A stretch of DNA of 64,000 nucleotides from an uncultured Desulfarculus sp. (lineage in GTDB: Bacteria > Desulfobacterota > Desulfarculia > Desulfarculales > Desulfarculaceae), in assembly GCA_963665125.2 (NCBI GenBank), contig CAXXUK010000002.1, positions 1,240,131 through 1,304,130 of the forward strand, given 5' to 3'. Shown here piece by piece: positions 1-10,414 of this stretch. The notes below the pieces were generated by a model, which did not search any database, was not told where the DNA came from, and saw only the letters and a program-made list of their open reading frames with translations. Made by a program: the position numbers and the translations under genes. Position 1 is the first letter of the stretch. Every line of letters starts with the position of its first letter.

Positions 1-1206
1 GATGTAACAGAGCGTATTGTTTCACGGCGGGAGTTGCGCCGCCTACAGGTCCAGCTGCAGCAGTCCCAAAAGATGGAGGCTGTGGGAACCTTGGCCGGTG
101 GAGTTGCCCACGATTTCAACAATATCCTTCAGGCCATCAGGGGCTACGCCGAGGTGCTCGACTTTTCCGTGGGCATGGAACCGGTTGGTAAGATCCATTT
201 GCGTTCGATCACCGATGCCGTGGAGAGGGCGAGCCAACTGGTCCAGCAATTGTTGACCTTCAGCCGCAAGGTCGAGCCGGAACTTCAGGCCGTGGACATC
301 AATGACGAAGTGCGCCAGACAGTGGCCATGTTGGCCCGAACCATACCTAAAATGATTGATATCAAGCTTGATTTGGCTGATGACGCCGAACTGGTGCGCG
401 GCGATTCCAACCAGTTGGGTCAAGTCCTTTTGAACCTTGGCGCCAATGCCCGGGACGCAATGCCCGACGGCGGCATCTTGAAGATTGCCACCGAAAACAT
501 TCTTGTTGCCGAGGACTTTTTCGAAGGAAACGTGCTTGTGCCGGCCGGCGGCTATGTGGCACTTAGCGTCCAAGACAACGGCTTGGGAATGAATAAGCAG
601 GAGATGGCCCATATTTATGATCCATTTTTTACCACCAAACCCCTGGGCCAGGGTACGGGCCTGGGCTTGTCGATGGTTTTCGGCATAGTCAAGGGGCATA
701 AGGGATATATTACCTGCGATTCCGCAAAGGACAAAGGTACGCTGTTCAAGGTCTATCTTCCCGTCTATACCCAATCTGCCGACGCCGCAGGAAGACAAAA
801 CAGAAAGCGGCAAAACCCGAATGATTATGCCGGTGTTGAGACGATTTTGCTTGTTGACGATGAAGAGCCGATCCTCAATACCCTTAAGTCGGTGATCGAG
901 GCGTACGGCTATAAGACCTTAACCGCCAACAAGGGCGAGCGGGCCCTTGAGATAGCCTCCGAGGCCGGCGGTGTCATCGACCTGGTGATAATGGACCTGG
1001 GAATGCCCGGTATGGGCGGTTTGGCCTGTATGCGTAAGCTGCATGAAATGTTACCAAATCTGAAGGTACTCATCGCCAGCGGCTATTCTCAGCACGGGCC
1101 CTTCGAGGACTTGCTCGATGAAGGCGCCGCCGGATACATAAGGAAGCCATTCGCCATCGCCGACTTGATGCAAAAGATACGCAGCGTATTGGAGCCTCGG
1201 CCCTAA
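1..1206 (+). CDS. Hybrid sensor histidine kinase/receiver (5'-truncated by window)
   Basis: H-box GGVAHDFNN, NARDAM, FFTTK/GTGLGL boxes, C-terminal REC (LLVDDE); frame open from base 1. Confidence 0.93.
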   Translation, partial: DVTERIVSRRELRRLQVQLQQSQKMEAVGTLAGGVAHDFNNILQAIRGYAEVLDFSVGMEPVGKIHLRSITDAVERASQLVQQLLTFSRKVEPELQAVDINDEVRQTVAMLARTIPKMIDIKLDLADDAELVRGDSNQLGQVLLNLGANARDAMPDGGILKIATENILVAEDFFEGNVLVPAGGYVALSVQDNGLGMNKQEMAHIYDPFFTTKPLGQGTGLGLSMVFGIVKGHKGYITCDSAKDKGTLFKVYLPVYTQSADAAGRQNRKRQNPNDYAGVETILLVDDEEPILNTLKSVIEAYGYKTLTANKGERALEIASEAGGVIDLVIMDLGMPGMGGLACMRKLHEMLPNLKVLIASGYSQHGPFEDLLDEGAAGYIRKPFAIADLMQKIRSVLEPRP

Positions 1207-1270
1207 CCTTGTAAATCCCCAGATAAGAGTTGGTTTTTTCTTGACGGGCTAAGCTTGCAACGGCTAACAT

Positions 1271-1293
1271 GGCTGGTGGTAATACCACCAGCC
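1271..1293. promoter_or_regulatory. FadR/GntR-type operator palindrome
   Basis: Perfect inverted repeat ggctggtggta-a-taccaccagcc (TGGT-N3-ACCA core), just downstream of ttgacg(1241)/taacat(1265) and upstream of the GntR gene. Confidence 0.75.
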
Positions 1294-1306
1294 GGGAGAA
1301 GCGCTT

Positions 1307-2047
1307 GTGCAGGACATGCTCAGACCACTAAGGACCGAAAGCCTCAAAGATGTTTTTGTGGCCCAATTTGAAAACCTGATCCTTTCGGGCAAACTGGAGA
1401 TCGGCCAAAGATTGCCGTCGGAAAGGGAGTTGGCGCTCCAGCTTGGCGTCAGCCGCCCCGTTGTTCACGAGGGTCTGGTTCAGCTTCAGACCATGGGCCT
1501 GGTGGACATGAAACCCAGACACGGCGCCTATGTCTGCGATTTCCGCAAAGACGGCTCCCTGGCAATGCTCAACTCCCTGGTCAGTTATGCCGACGGCGAA
1601 CTGGAACCCAACCTGCTGGGCGGCATGTTGGACATGAGGCAGCATTTCGAGGTGGAGCTGGCCCGCCTGGCCTCCTTGAACCGTGACGATAAAGACCTGG
1701 GAGCGTTGTACGGCCTGCTGGACCTGGAGCAATCGGCCGACCGCTTTGACGTCGAGGCCCTCACGGATCTGGATTTCAATTTTCATCACTGCGTCGCCAT
1801 GGCCACCGGCAACATGGTCTACCCCATGCTGATCAATTCCTTCCGGCAGGTCTACACGAACCTGTCCCGCCGGTTTTTCAGACAACAGGGCTTGTTTGAC
1901 GAAATGGTTCCGTTTCACCAAAAACTGGTGGCTGCCATAGATTCCCAAGATGAGAAATCCGCCGTGGATGTGATGATCCGGCTTTTGGACCACGGCGCCA
2001 AGCACTTGGAACAGATCATCCTCAAACAAAGTGGGGTGCTGTCATGA
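1307..2047 (+). CDS. GntR/FadR-family transcriptional regulator
   Basis: LPSERELA..LGVSRPVV wHTH; FCD domain DFNFH..VA.ATGN. Confidence 0.93.
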   Translation: MQDMLRPLRTESLKDVFVAQFENLILSGKLEIGQRLPSERELALQLGVSRPVVHEGLVQLQTMGLVDMKPRHGAYVCDFRKDGSLAMLNSLVSYADGELEPNLLGGMLDMRQHFEVELARLASLNRDDKDLGALYGLLDLEQSADRFDVEALTDLDFNFHHCVAMATGNMVYPMLINSFRQVYTNLSRRFFRQQGLFDEMVPFHQKLVAAIDSQDEKSAVDVMIRLLDHGAKHLEQIILKQSGVLS

Positions 2048-4557
2048 GTCTTGCCCAAACGGCTCAGCCTCAATACGAGATCAAAAAACCCAAGGGCCTT
2101 TCGCCGCGCATCGCCTGGTTGCGCGACTATTACTTTGAAGGCTCCAAACGGTCCTGGAACAACGACTACACCGCCTGGACCACCGGCGAACCCTGGGACG
2201 TCTTGTACGAGGAAATGAACTACTACATCGTCCCGGAGACCTATGCCTTTTTCCAAACATTCCGCTCGTCGTTTTTACAGGCCGCCCGCCGGGTGGATCT
2301 GCCCGGAGATTTCTGGCAGATGAGCCTGCCCGAGCGCCGGGCCTGGTTCATGAAAGAGGTCATGGTCAAATACGTACCGGTGGAGGTGCTGCCCGGCGAT
2401 CTGGTGGCCGGCGGACGCTTCAATGTGATGGCCTCGCGCTGTTGGAACAAGAAAGAGGCCAAAGAGCGCGACAAGCTGGTGCAGGGCAAGGACGGGGCCA
2501 GGGCCAAGGTCAAGTGGTTTCACGATCACGGCTACGGCAATGCCGGGGCCACGGCCGGGCACGTCATTCCGGGCTATGAAAAGGCGCTGACCTTGGGCTG
2601 GAAGGGCATTTACGCCGAGTTGGCCAAAAGCTACGACGCCATGAGCAAAGCCGAAAAGCAAGGCCCCAAGGGGGGCCAGGTTCGGGCCATGATGACCGCG
2701 GCGACGTTGCCCCGTGATCTGGCCACCCGGTATGCCGCCCATTGCCGCGATCTTGCCGAGCGGGAAAAGCAGCCCCCGCGGAGCAGGGAACTGGTGCAGA
2801 TGGCCGACAACCTCAGCCGGGTGCCCTGGGAGCCGCCCGAGACTTTCTGGGAGGCCGTCCAAGCCCTGTGGCTGAGCCATATGCTGGTGCTCAGCGATGA
2901 AAACTACCCCGGCGCGGGCGTGTCCTTTGGCCGTATAGACCAATACCTGCTGCCCTATTGGCGGGCATCTATCGATCAGGGCATGGACCGTGAATTTGGC
3001 AAGGAGATCCTAAAGTGCTTCTGGGTCCACGCCAACCACGCCTACGACGCCATGGTCAATGTGGGCGTCGACGGCGTCACCGCCGGATACGGCCAGCTCA
3101 TCACCCTGTCCGGCCTGGGGCCCGGCGGCCGGGACATGACCAACGAACTGACCCATGTCTTCCTGGAGGTCATCGACGAGATGACCCCCATCCTGGAGCC
3201 CAAGCCCAACGTGCGCTTACACCGGGAAACCCCCGACGAACTGATGGACAAGGTGGTGGACATGGTCGCCGCCAGCCAGGGCGCGCCGTTTCTGCTCAAC
3301 TTTGACGAGCGCTCCATGGCCGGCATGCTCCGGGAGGCCGAGATGGCCGGGTGCCAGGACCTGATCAAGCCCGGCAATGTCCACGACTACGCGCCCGTGG
3401 GTTGCATGGAAAACACCATGGTCGGCAATGACCGCTCGGGCACGGTGGACAACAACCTCAACCTGCTCAAGGCCGTGGAATTGGTCCTGACCGGCGGCAG
3501 GGATCTGCTGCCGTACAAGGATCTGGTCATGGGCGGCGAGTATCCCATCAAGCAGGACGGCCCGGACACCGGGGATGCCACGGCGTTCGGCTCCTGGGAG
3601 CGCTTCTGGAGCGCCTATGAGATCCAGACCAAGTTCATCATTAAAAAATGCGTGGAGCTGTACGAGGCATCGGAATCGGTGCGGGCCCAATTCAGCCCCA
3701 CGCCGTATTTGTCGTGCCTCATGGAAGGCTGCGGCCGGAAGGGCCTGGACATAACCCAGGGCGGTACGGAGCTGAACTTCACCACCCTGGAGGCGGTGAC
3801 CTTCGCCACCACGGTGGACTCGCTGTTGGCCATCAAATATATGGTATTCGACGAAAAGGCCTGCACCATGGCCGAACTGATCCAGGCTCTCAAGGACAAC
3901 TGGGACGGCCATGATGTCCTCCAGGCCAAGGCCAAGTACAAAGCCCCGAAATACGGCCGGGATGACGACGCGGCCGACGCCATGGCCCTGCGGGTGATGG
4001 ACTTGTGGACCAACGAGACCTGGAAGCACAAGACCAAATCCACGGGCCGTCAGTTCCGGCCGGGCATGCTTTCGTGGAACTACTGGGTGGGCGACGGCTA
4101 TATCCTGCCCGCAAGTCCGGACGGACGGGCCAAGGGCCAGTTCCTGTCCAACGCCATCTGCCCAAGCAACGGGGCCGACATCAACGGCCCAACCTCCAAC
4201 GCCAACTCGGTGGGCAAGGCCCTGGGCGGCAAGAGCCCCGGCGGCGGCGACTGGCAGGATTACCTCAACAACCTGCCCAACGGGGCCAGCCACACCATCA
4301 CCTTCAACCCGTCCATGCTCAGGGACCCGGAGCACAAGGCCAAGTTCAAGGCCTTTTTGCGGGGATACGCCGAAAACGGCGGCACGGCCTTGCAGATAAA
4401 CATGCTGGACCCGGAGATGCTCCGGGACGCCCAGAAAAACCCCAGTGATTACCGCCATTTGTTGGTGCGCATCACCGGGTACAACGCCTACTTCACCACC
4501 ATTGGCCGGGAGCTTCAGGACGAGGTCATCGCCAGGGTCAGCCACGAGGGCTTTTAG
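2044..4557 (+). CDS. Glycyl radical enzyme (PFL superfamily), substrate unknown
   Basis: 837 aa; Gly loop LLVRITGYNAYF; Cys loop PVGCME; SFGRIDQYL; ATGA overlap with the regulator. Confidence 0.92.
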   Translation: MSLAQTAQPQYEIKKPKGLSPRIAWLRDYYFEGSKRSWNNDYTAWTTGEPWDVLYEEMNYYIVPETYAFFQTFRSSFLQAARRVDLPGDFWQMSLPERRAWFMKEVMVKYVPVEVLPGDLVAGGRFNVMASRCWNKKEAKERDKLVQGKDGARAKVKWFHDHGYGNAGATAGHVIPGYEKALTLGWKGIYAELAKSYDAMSKAEKQGPKGGQVRAMMTAATLPRDLATRYAAHCRDLAEREKQPPRSRELVQMADNLSRVPWEPPETFWEAVQALWLSHMLVLSDENYPGAGVSFGRIDQYLLPYWRASIDQGMDREFGKEILKCFWVHANHAYDAMVNVGVDGVTAGYGQLITLSGLGPGGRDMTNELTHVFLEVIDEMTPILEPKPNVRLHRETPDELMDKVVDMVAASQGAPFLLNFDERSMAGMLREAEMAGCQDLIKPGNVHDYAPVGCMENTMVGNDRSGTVDNNLNLLKAVELVLTGGRDLLPYKDLVMGGEYPIKQDGPDTGDATAFGSWERFWSAYEIQTKFIIKKCVELYEASESVRAQFSPTPYLSCLMEGCGRKGLDITQGGTELNFTTLEAVTFATTVDSLLAIKYMVFDEKACTMAELIQALKDNWDGHDVLQAKAKYKAPKYGRDDDAADAMALRVMDLWTNETWKHKTKSTGRQFRPGMLSWNYWVGDGYILPASPDGRAKGQFLSNAICPSNGADINGPTSNANSVGKALGGKSPGGGDWQDYLNNLPNGASHTITFNPSMLRDPEHKAKFKAFLRGYAENGGTALQINMLDPEMLRDAQKNPSDYRHLLVRITGYNAYFTTIGRELQDEVIARVSHEGF

Positions 4558-4560
4558 TTT

Positions 4561-5610
4561 ATGAGCGAGTCAACCGCACATAACCACGGCGGGCTGAAAG
4601 GCACGGTTCTGGAGATCATGCGCATGTCCACCGAGGACGGCCCGGGCATCCGCACCACGGTGTTCCTAAAAGGGTGCAGCCTCAAATGCCACTGGTGCCA
4701 CAACCCGGAGAGCATATCGGCCAGGCCCCAGGTGCAGTGGATCGGCTCCCGCTGCATCGGCTGCCGCACCTGCCTTGAGGTATGCCCCGAAGGCGCGCTT
4801 AGCATGGATGAATACGGCCTGCACATCAACCGGGCTGAGTGCAAGGGCTGCGGAACCTGTGCCAAGGAATGCCCCTCCACGGCCCTGGAGCTGATGGGCC
4901 TGGACTGGGACGTAGCCGGGCTGGCCGCCGAACTGGCCAAGGACCGGGCCTATTTCGAGCAATCCGGCGGCGGCGTCACCATCTCCGGCGGCGAGCCCAG
5001 CATGCAGAGCGCCTTTACCGGGGCCCTGCTGGAGGCCTGCAAGAACATGGGCCTGCACATGGCCCTGGACACCTGCGGCCAGGCCATGACCGGCGATCTG
5101 CTGGCGCTGGCCGCCAAGGCCGACATGGTCATGTTCGACATCAAGGAGATCGATCCGGCCAAGCACAAGGAGTTCACCGGCAGCGGCAACGCTACGATTC
5201 TGCAAAACCTGCAAGCCCTGGCCCAGCAGATGCGCGCGATCGGCAAACCGGCCAGGCTGTGGATTCGCACGCCGGTAATCCCCCGGGCCACGGCCTCCAA
5301 GCAAAACATCAGGGGCATCGGCAAATTCATCGCCGAAAACCTGCAAGGCCTGGTGGACCGCTGGGAACTTTGCGCCTTCAACAACCTCTGCGCCGATAAA
5401 TACACCCGCCTGGGCCTGGTCTGGGATTGCAAGGGTTTTGAACTGCTCAGCGCGGAAGAGATGGAGGCCCTGGCCGACGCCGCCCGCAACTCCGGGGTTG
5501 ATCCGGCCATCGTCCATTGGAGCGGCGCGACCAGAAGACCGCAAGACACTGTTGCCAAAGACAAGCCAAAGGACCACCTGCGCCTGGTTAGCCCGGCCTG
5601 TCCGGCTTAG
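4561..5610 (+). CDS. Glycyl-radical activating enzyme (radical SAM with ferredoxin insert)
   Basis: DGPGIRTTVFLKGCSLKCHWCHNPE; two CxxCxxCxxxCP motifs; GGVTISGGEP. Confidence 0.95.
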   Translation: MSESTAHNHGGLKGTVLEIMRMSTEDGPGIRTTVFLKGCSLKCHWCHNPESISARPQVQWIGSRCIGCRTCLEVCPEGALSMDEYGLHINRAECKGCGTCAKECPSTALELMGLDWDVAGLAAELAKDRAYFEQSGGGVTISGGEPSMQSAFTGALLEACKNMGLHMALDTCGQAMTGDLLALAAKADMVMFDIKEIDPAKHKEFTGSGNATILQNLQALAQQMRAIGKPARLWIRTPVIPRATASKQNIRGIGKFIAENLQGLVDRWELCAFNNLCADKYTRLGLVWDCKGFELLSAEEMEALADAARNSGVDPAIVHWSGATRRPQDTVAKDKPKDHLRLVSPACPA

Positions 5611-5630
5611 CTGATAAGAGGGGAAGAATC

Positions 5631-6485
5631 ATGGCTCCCAAAAAAAGACTCAGCGCCCTGGCCCCGGAAGACCCGAAGGAGTTCGAGCCCGAGGCCAAGA
5701 TCGGCCTGCTGGCCACCATCGACCCCAACGGCCTGCCCCATATCAGCCTGATCACCTCCATGCGGGCCAAGACGCCCCAGCGACTGATGTGGGGCCAGTT
5801 CACCGAAGGTTGCAGCAAGCGCAACGTGCGCTCCAACCCGCGCGCCGGCTGGCTGGTCTTGACCATGGACAAAAAGATGTGGCGGGGCAAGGCCCTGTGG
5901 ACGGGCGACACCCACCAGGGCGAGGACTACGAGCTGTACAACAACACGCCAATGTTCCGCTACAACGCCTATTTCGGCATCCACACGGTGCACTACATGG
6001 ATTTGGTGGAGACCTTCGGCCGGGAATCCCTGCCCATGGGCGGCATAGTCTCGGCGTCGATCCTGACCAAGGCCCTGAAAGGACTGGGTGGCGGCGATAA
6101 GTCCAGGCAAGTGCTCAAGCCCTGGGCACAGGGCCTGTTCAACAAGCTCGACGCCTTGAAATTCCTCGGCTTCGTGGACTCCGACGGATACCCGGCCATC
6201 GTGCCGCTGATCCAGTGTCAGGCCGCCTCCAGCAGCCGCCTGGCTTTTTCACCCATGGCCTATGGCGATGAAATCAAGGGCCTGCAACCCGGTGCACACT
6301 TAGCCGTATTCGGCCTGACCATGCAGATGGAAGACGTGCTGGTGCGCGGCGTGTTCGGCGGCTACAAGGGCCTGGGCCCGGCCCGGCTGGGCGTATTGGA
6401 TATCGACTGGGTCTACAATTCCATGCCGCCCCAGCAGGGGCCCATTTACCCGCCCCAGCCCCTGGAGGCCGTGACCGAGTTCTGA
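5631..6485 (+). CDS. Tandem pyridoxamine-5'-phosphate-oxidase-like (FMN split-barrel) protein
   Basis: Two similar units (GLLATIDPNGLPHIS; FLGFVDSDGYPAIVP), NVRSNPRA. Confidence 0.7.
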   Translation: MAPKKRLSALAPEDPKEFEPEAKIGLLATIDPNGLPHISLITSMRAKTPQRLMWGQFTEGCSKRNVRSNPRAGWLVLTMDKKMWRGKALWTGDTHQGEDYELYNNTPMFRYNAYFGIHTVHYMDLVETFGRESLPMGGIVSASILTKALKGLGGGDKSRQVLKPWAQGLFNKLDALKFLGFVDSDGYPAIVPLIQCQAASSSRLAFSPMAYGDEIKGLQPGAHLAVFGLTMQMEDVLVRGVFGGYKGLGPARLGVLDIDWVYNSMPPQQGPIYPPQPLEAVTEF

Positions 6486-6494
6486 TTTTGCCTG

Positions 6495-6527
6495 GCAGCG
6501 GCGGCCCACGGCTGGGGCCGCCGCTGC
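6495..6527 (+). terminator. GC-rich hairpin (terminator or mRNA-stabilising stem)
   Basis: 13-bp perfect stem gcagcggcggccc/gggccgccgctgc after the stop; weak U-tract. Confidence 0.5.
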
Positions 6528-6602
6528 TTAAAGTAATTGCTGCAACCATTATCATCATCTCCGCCGGGTCATACGAGGTTGCCTTGAAACAAGAGGGGGC
6601 GT

Positions 6603-7157
6603 ATGCCAAAGCAGAGCTTTTTGCGCAGGATCATCCTGCCCGTCGCCGTGGTCGTGGGCATCATGGTCGTCTCCATGAACGGCTATGACTTTTCCCGGTC
6701 CGTAACCGAAAACCCGACCCTGCATATGGCCCTGGCCAACACCACGGCCATGCTGATGTTCCTGAGCATCTGGCTGGGGGCCATGATCGCCAACACCATC
6801 GCCTTTTTCCAGGGCGCCACGTTTGGCGAGCGCCTGATGGTCTGCCTGGTCACGCCGGTTGTCTGGTCGGCAAAGGTGCTGTGGTATTTCGTGGGCATCT
6901 ATTCCTGGCCCGAGTTTTTCTTCCTGCTGCTGCACAACATCATCCTGGGACCCTCAGTGGTGGCGCTGTTGTGCATGGGCATTTCCGAGCTTTGGTGCCG
7001 GGCCATAGCCAAGCGCCGCACGGGCGGCAGGGTCCTGGCCCCGTCCAGCCTGGCGGTGCTCTTTATCGGCGCGGCGGGCCTGTTCGTCATGCTCTACAAC
7101 GGCGGCCATGCCTACTACTTCGTTTATATGGACCTCTACACCAAGCTCTTCATGTGA
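6603..7157 (+). CDS. Multi-pass membrane protein, unknown function
   Basis: About 5 hydrophobic segments; RBS gagggg. Confidence 0.75.
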   Translation: MPKQSFLRRIILPVAVVVGIMVVSMNGYDFSRSVTENPTLHMALANTTAMLMFLSIWLGAMIANTIAFFQGATFGERLMVCLVTPVVWSAKVLWYFVGIYSWPEFFFLLLHNIILGPSVVALLCMGISELWCRAIAKRRTGGRVLAPSSLAVLFIGAAGLFVMLYNGGHAYYFVYMDLYTKLFM

Positions 7158-7171
7158 TGCGCGGCGGAGAA

Positions 7172-8617
7172 ATGGATATGAATAGCAAACACCGGCAAGA
7201 TAAAAATTGCGTCAGCCGCCGCAGGGCCCTGCAAATGATCGGCGCGGCATCTCTGGCCGGGATGTGCAGCCTGGGCGGGCTGGGCCGGGCCTTTGCCGCC
7301 CAGAAAAAGCCCAACATTATCTTCATCCTCACCGACGACCACCGCTACGACGCCATGAGCTGCATGGGCCATCCGTTCATCAAGACGCCCAACCTGGACC
7401 GCATAGCAAACGAGGGCGTGCTGTTTTCAAACTCCTTTGTCACGACTTCGCTGTGCAGCCCCAGCCGGGCCAGCTTTCTGACCGGCAACTACGCCCACAC
7501 CCACGGCATAACCACCAACCATACGCCCTGGGACAACAGCAACGTCACCTTCCTGGAGATCCTAAAAAAGGCGGGCTACGACACGGCGTTCATCGGCAAA
7601 TGGCACATGCCTGGAGACAACCTGCCCAAGCTAAGGGGTCTGGACCGCTTCGTCACCATCACCAAGGAGGGCGGCCAGGGCGTGTATTTCGACTGCCCCC
7701 TGGTCATCGACGGGGTGGATACCCCCCGGCCGGGCAAGTACATCACCGAGGATTTGACCGACTTTGCCATCGATTTCGTGGGCCAGAAACGCGACAATCC
7801 GTTCTGCCTGTATCTGTCCCACAAGGCCGTACACTTCGGCTTTCGTCCGCCCAAGCACCTGGACAACCTCTACGACGGCGTGGACCTGAAGCTGCCGCCC
7901 GAGTCGGACACCTGGAACACCTATACCAACAACAACATCTTCGTGGGTGCGCCTCTGCCCATGAATTGGCTCTACCGCAACTACTGCGAGACCGTGGTTT
8001 CGGTGGACGAGCAGGTGGGGCGGCTCTTGGCCAAACTGGAGCAGATGGGCGTCCTGGACGACACCATCATCATCTATGCCGGTGACAATGGCCATTTCTG
8101 GGGCGAGCACGGCATGTACGACAAGCGCTGGGCCTACGAGGAATCAATCAGGGTGCCGTTGATGATCCGCTACCCAAAGATGACGGCCCAGCCAGGCGCG
8201 CGTCCCAAACAGATGGTCCTGAACATCGACGTGGCCCCGACGATCCTGGAACTGGCGGGCGTGACCTCTCCCGTGGCCATGCAGGGCCAAAGCGCCGCGC
8301 CGCTGATGGCCGATGAAAACGCTTCGGGCCGCCGCAGTTGGCTCTACGAACACTTCCCGGTGTTCCCCATACCCATCCCCGGCATGACCGCCGTGCGCAC
8401 CGACCGCTATAAATACATCGAGTATCAAGATGACCTGAAACCGGCCGAGCTTTTTGACCTGCAAAAAGACCCCAAAGAGATGCACAATATCATCAATTCG
8501 GCCCAGGGACAGGCCGTGCTGCCCCAACTGCGGCGGGAATTGCAAAAAATAAAACAGGACACCGGTTACCGGTTCTTCACCAGGGCCGAACAGCGCAGAA
8601 CCGGCAAAGGAGAATAA
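7172..8617 (+). CDS. Tat-exported formylglycine-type sulfatase
   Basis: SRRRAL Tat signal; KPNIIFILTDD; CSPSR motif; GKWH; GDNG; start chosen at ggaga-ATG 7172. Confidence 0.92.
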   Translation: MDMNSKHRQDKNCVSRRRALQMIGAASLAGMCSLGGLGRAFAAQKKPNIIFILTDDHRYDAMSCMGHPFIKTPNLDRIANEGVLFSNSFVTTSLCSPSRASFLTGNYAHTHGITTNHTPWDNSNVTFLEILKKAGYDTAFIGKWHMPGDNLPKLRGLDRFVTITKEGGQGVYFDCPLVIDGVDTPRPGKYITEDLTDFAIDFVGQKRDNPFCLYLSHKAVHFGFRPPKHLDNLYDGVDLKLPPESDTWNTYTNNNIFVGAPLPMNWLYRNYCETVVSVDEQVGRLLAKLEQMGVLDDTIIIYAGDNGHFWGEHGMYDKRWAYEESIRVPLMIRYPKMTAQPGARPKQMVLNIDVAPTILELAGVTSPVAMQGQSAAPLMADENASGRRSWLYEHFPVFPIPIPGMTAVRTDRYKYIEYQDDLKPAELFDLQKDPKEMHNIINSAQGQAVLPQLRRELQKIKQDTGYRFFTRAEQRRTGKGE

Positions 8618-8619
8618 CA

Positions 8620-10281
8620 ATGGCCAAAAAGGATGCAAAAGGTTTTTCCCGGCGGGAGTTCATCAAGACCGCCGCGGCGGCCACGGCCCTTTTGAGCGCC
8701 GGTTGCTCCATGGGCGGCGGGGACCTCACGGCAAAGGACATCAAGAACAAGCCCAGGGTGGTGGTCATCGGCGGAGGCCTGGGGGGGCTGAGCGCGGCGG
8801 CCATCTGCGCCCGAAACGGTTTTCCGACTACTTTGGTGGAGCGCCACGACCGGCCCGGCGGATACGCCACCACATTCGACCGCGACGGCGGCCGGTTCAA
8901 CTTCGAAGTTTCGCTGCACGCCACCAGTTCCACCGCGGGCGGGCCCATGCGCGAGGTGTTGGAGGCGGCCGGGGTCCTGGATCAGGTGCACATGGCCGAG
9001 TTGCCCGAGCTTTGCCGGATAATCACCCCTGATTATGATATGACCTGGCCCCAGAAAAAGCCCCAGGCCGTTCTGAATATGATCTGCAAACAATACCCCG
9101 GTGAGGCCGAGGGCATCCGGGGCTTCTGGGACGAGATGATGGGTGTATTATCCGACGCCATGAAGCCCTTTGACCGGGATTCCTGGTGGGACACCATCAC
9201 CTTCCCTTTGACTCACCGCCACATGTGGGCCGTGCGCAAGATGACCCTGGGCGATCTGCTCGATGAATACGTAAAAGACACCAAGGCCCGCTCCACCCTG
9301 GCCACGTTTTGGGGCTATTACGGCCTGCCGCCATACAAGCTAAGCGCCTTTTACTATTGCATCGCCACTGCGGCCTACTTCCAGTTCGGGGGCTATTACA
9401 CCAAACGCCGCTCCCAGGACCTGAGCAACGCCCTGGCCGATGCAATCGAGGCCTCGGGCGGCGAGGTCCTGCTGGAAACCGAGGTCCAGAACATATTGAT
9501 GAAAAACAACGCCGTCTCGGGCGTCAAGCTGGCCGACGGCAAGGTGCTCCCGGCTGAAGTGGTCATTTCCAACGCCAGCACCCCGGCGGTGATGAACATG
9601 CTGCCCAAAGGCGCCGTGTCCCTGGGCGATGGCGATGTCGCCGACTACGTGGCCAAGCTAAGCACCTACAAACCGGCGCTGTCGAGCTTTGTGGTCTGGC
9701 TGGGCCTGGAGGGTGACATCACCGAAAAGATCAAGGACTACGAGGTTTTTGTCAGTGTGGGCTATGACCAGAAAGAGGCCTATGACGCCTGCCTGGCCTG
9801 CGATCCGGACAAGGCCGGAGTTACGGCCACGTTCTATGACAACGCCTACAAGGGCTATTCCCAGCCCGGCACGTCAACCGTGGCCCTGATCATGCTCAGC
9901 GGCTATGAGCCCTGGAAGCGCTTTGAAAAAGATTACTGGGCGGGCGACAAGGCCGAATATGAAAAGGAAAAGTGGCGCATCGCCGACAGGCTCATCGAGA
10001 TGACCGACCAGCGGATCTGCCCCGGCCTGAAGCAGATGATCAAGGTAAAGGAGGCGGCCACGCCGCTGACCAACATCCGCTACACCCAAAACCCGGCAGG
10101 CTCGATCTACGGCTATGAGCAGTCCCTGGACAACTCGTTCATGAACCGCATCGGCGCACGCACGCCTTTTGGGGGCCTGTACCTGGCATCGGCCTGGGGC
10201 GGTCCCGGCGGCGGCTACCAGCCCTGCCTCATGGCGGGCAAGGACGCCTTCGAGGCCATGGTCAAGGACCTGCTGGGCTGA
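8620..10281 (+). CDS. Tat lipoprotein, phytoene-desaturase/retinol-saturase-like FAD oxidoreductase
   Basis: SRREFIK + LSAGC lipobox; GGGLGGL Rossmann; TPLTNIRY..GSIYG; GLYLASAW..PGGG. Confidence 0.85.
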   Translation: MAKKDAKGFSRREFIKTAAAATALLSAGCSMGGGDLTAKDIKNKPRVVVIGGGLGGLSAAAICARNGFPTTLVERHDRPGGYATTFDRDGGRFNFEVSLHATSSTAGGPMREVLEAAGVLDQVHMAELPELCRIITPDYDMTWPQKKPQAVLNMICKQYPGEAEGIRGFWDEMMGVLSDAMKPFDRDSWWDTITFPLTHRHMWAVRKMTLGDLLDEYVKDTKARSTLATFWGYYGLPPYKLSAFYYCIATAAYFQFGGYYTKRRSQDLSNALADAIEASGGEVLLETEVQNILMKNNAVSGVKLADGKVLPAEVVISNASTPAVMNMLPKGAVSLGDGDVADYVAKLSTYKPALSSFVVWLGLEGDITEKIKDYEVFVSVGYDQKEAYDACLACDPDKAGVTATFYDNAYKGYSQPGTSTVALIMLSGYEPWKRFEKDYWAGDKAEYEKEKWRIADRLIEMTDQRICPGLKQMIKVKEAATPLTNIRYTQNPAGSIYGYEQSLDNSFMNRIGARTPFGGLYLASAWGGPGGGYQPCLMAGKDAFEAMVKDLLG

Positions 10282-10303
10282 ACGGATGTCGGACCGGTTA
10301 AAT

Positions 10304-10338
10304 GGCGTGGCGCGGTTGATTCGCGCCGCGCCTTTTTC
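10304..10338 (+). terminator. Rho-independent terminator
   Basis: ggcgtggcgcg...cgcgccgcgcc followed by ttttt. Confidence 0.75.
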
Positions 10339-10414
10339 ATGACCGGGGCAGGGGGCCTATCCGAGGCGTGGCCTGGCCACCGGGTCGGCGGATTTGAAAT
10401 ATAGATCCGCCGCC

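Noticed and set aside
1..1206. Similarity between the first kinase and the 59831 kinase
   Set aside because: Ordinary paralogy within a large hybrid-kinase family
6881..7171. Long N-terminal extension of the sulfatase
   Set aside because: Overlaps the upstream membrane gene; RBS and Tat signal point to 7172/7178
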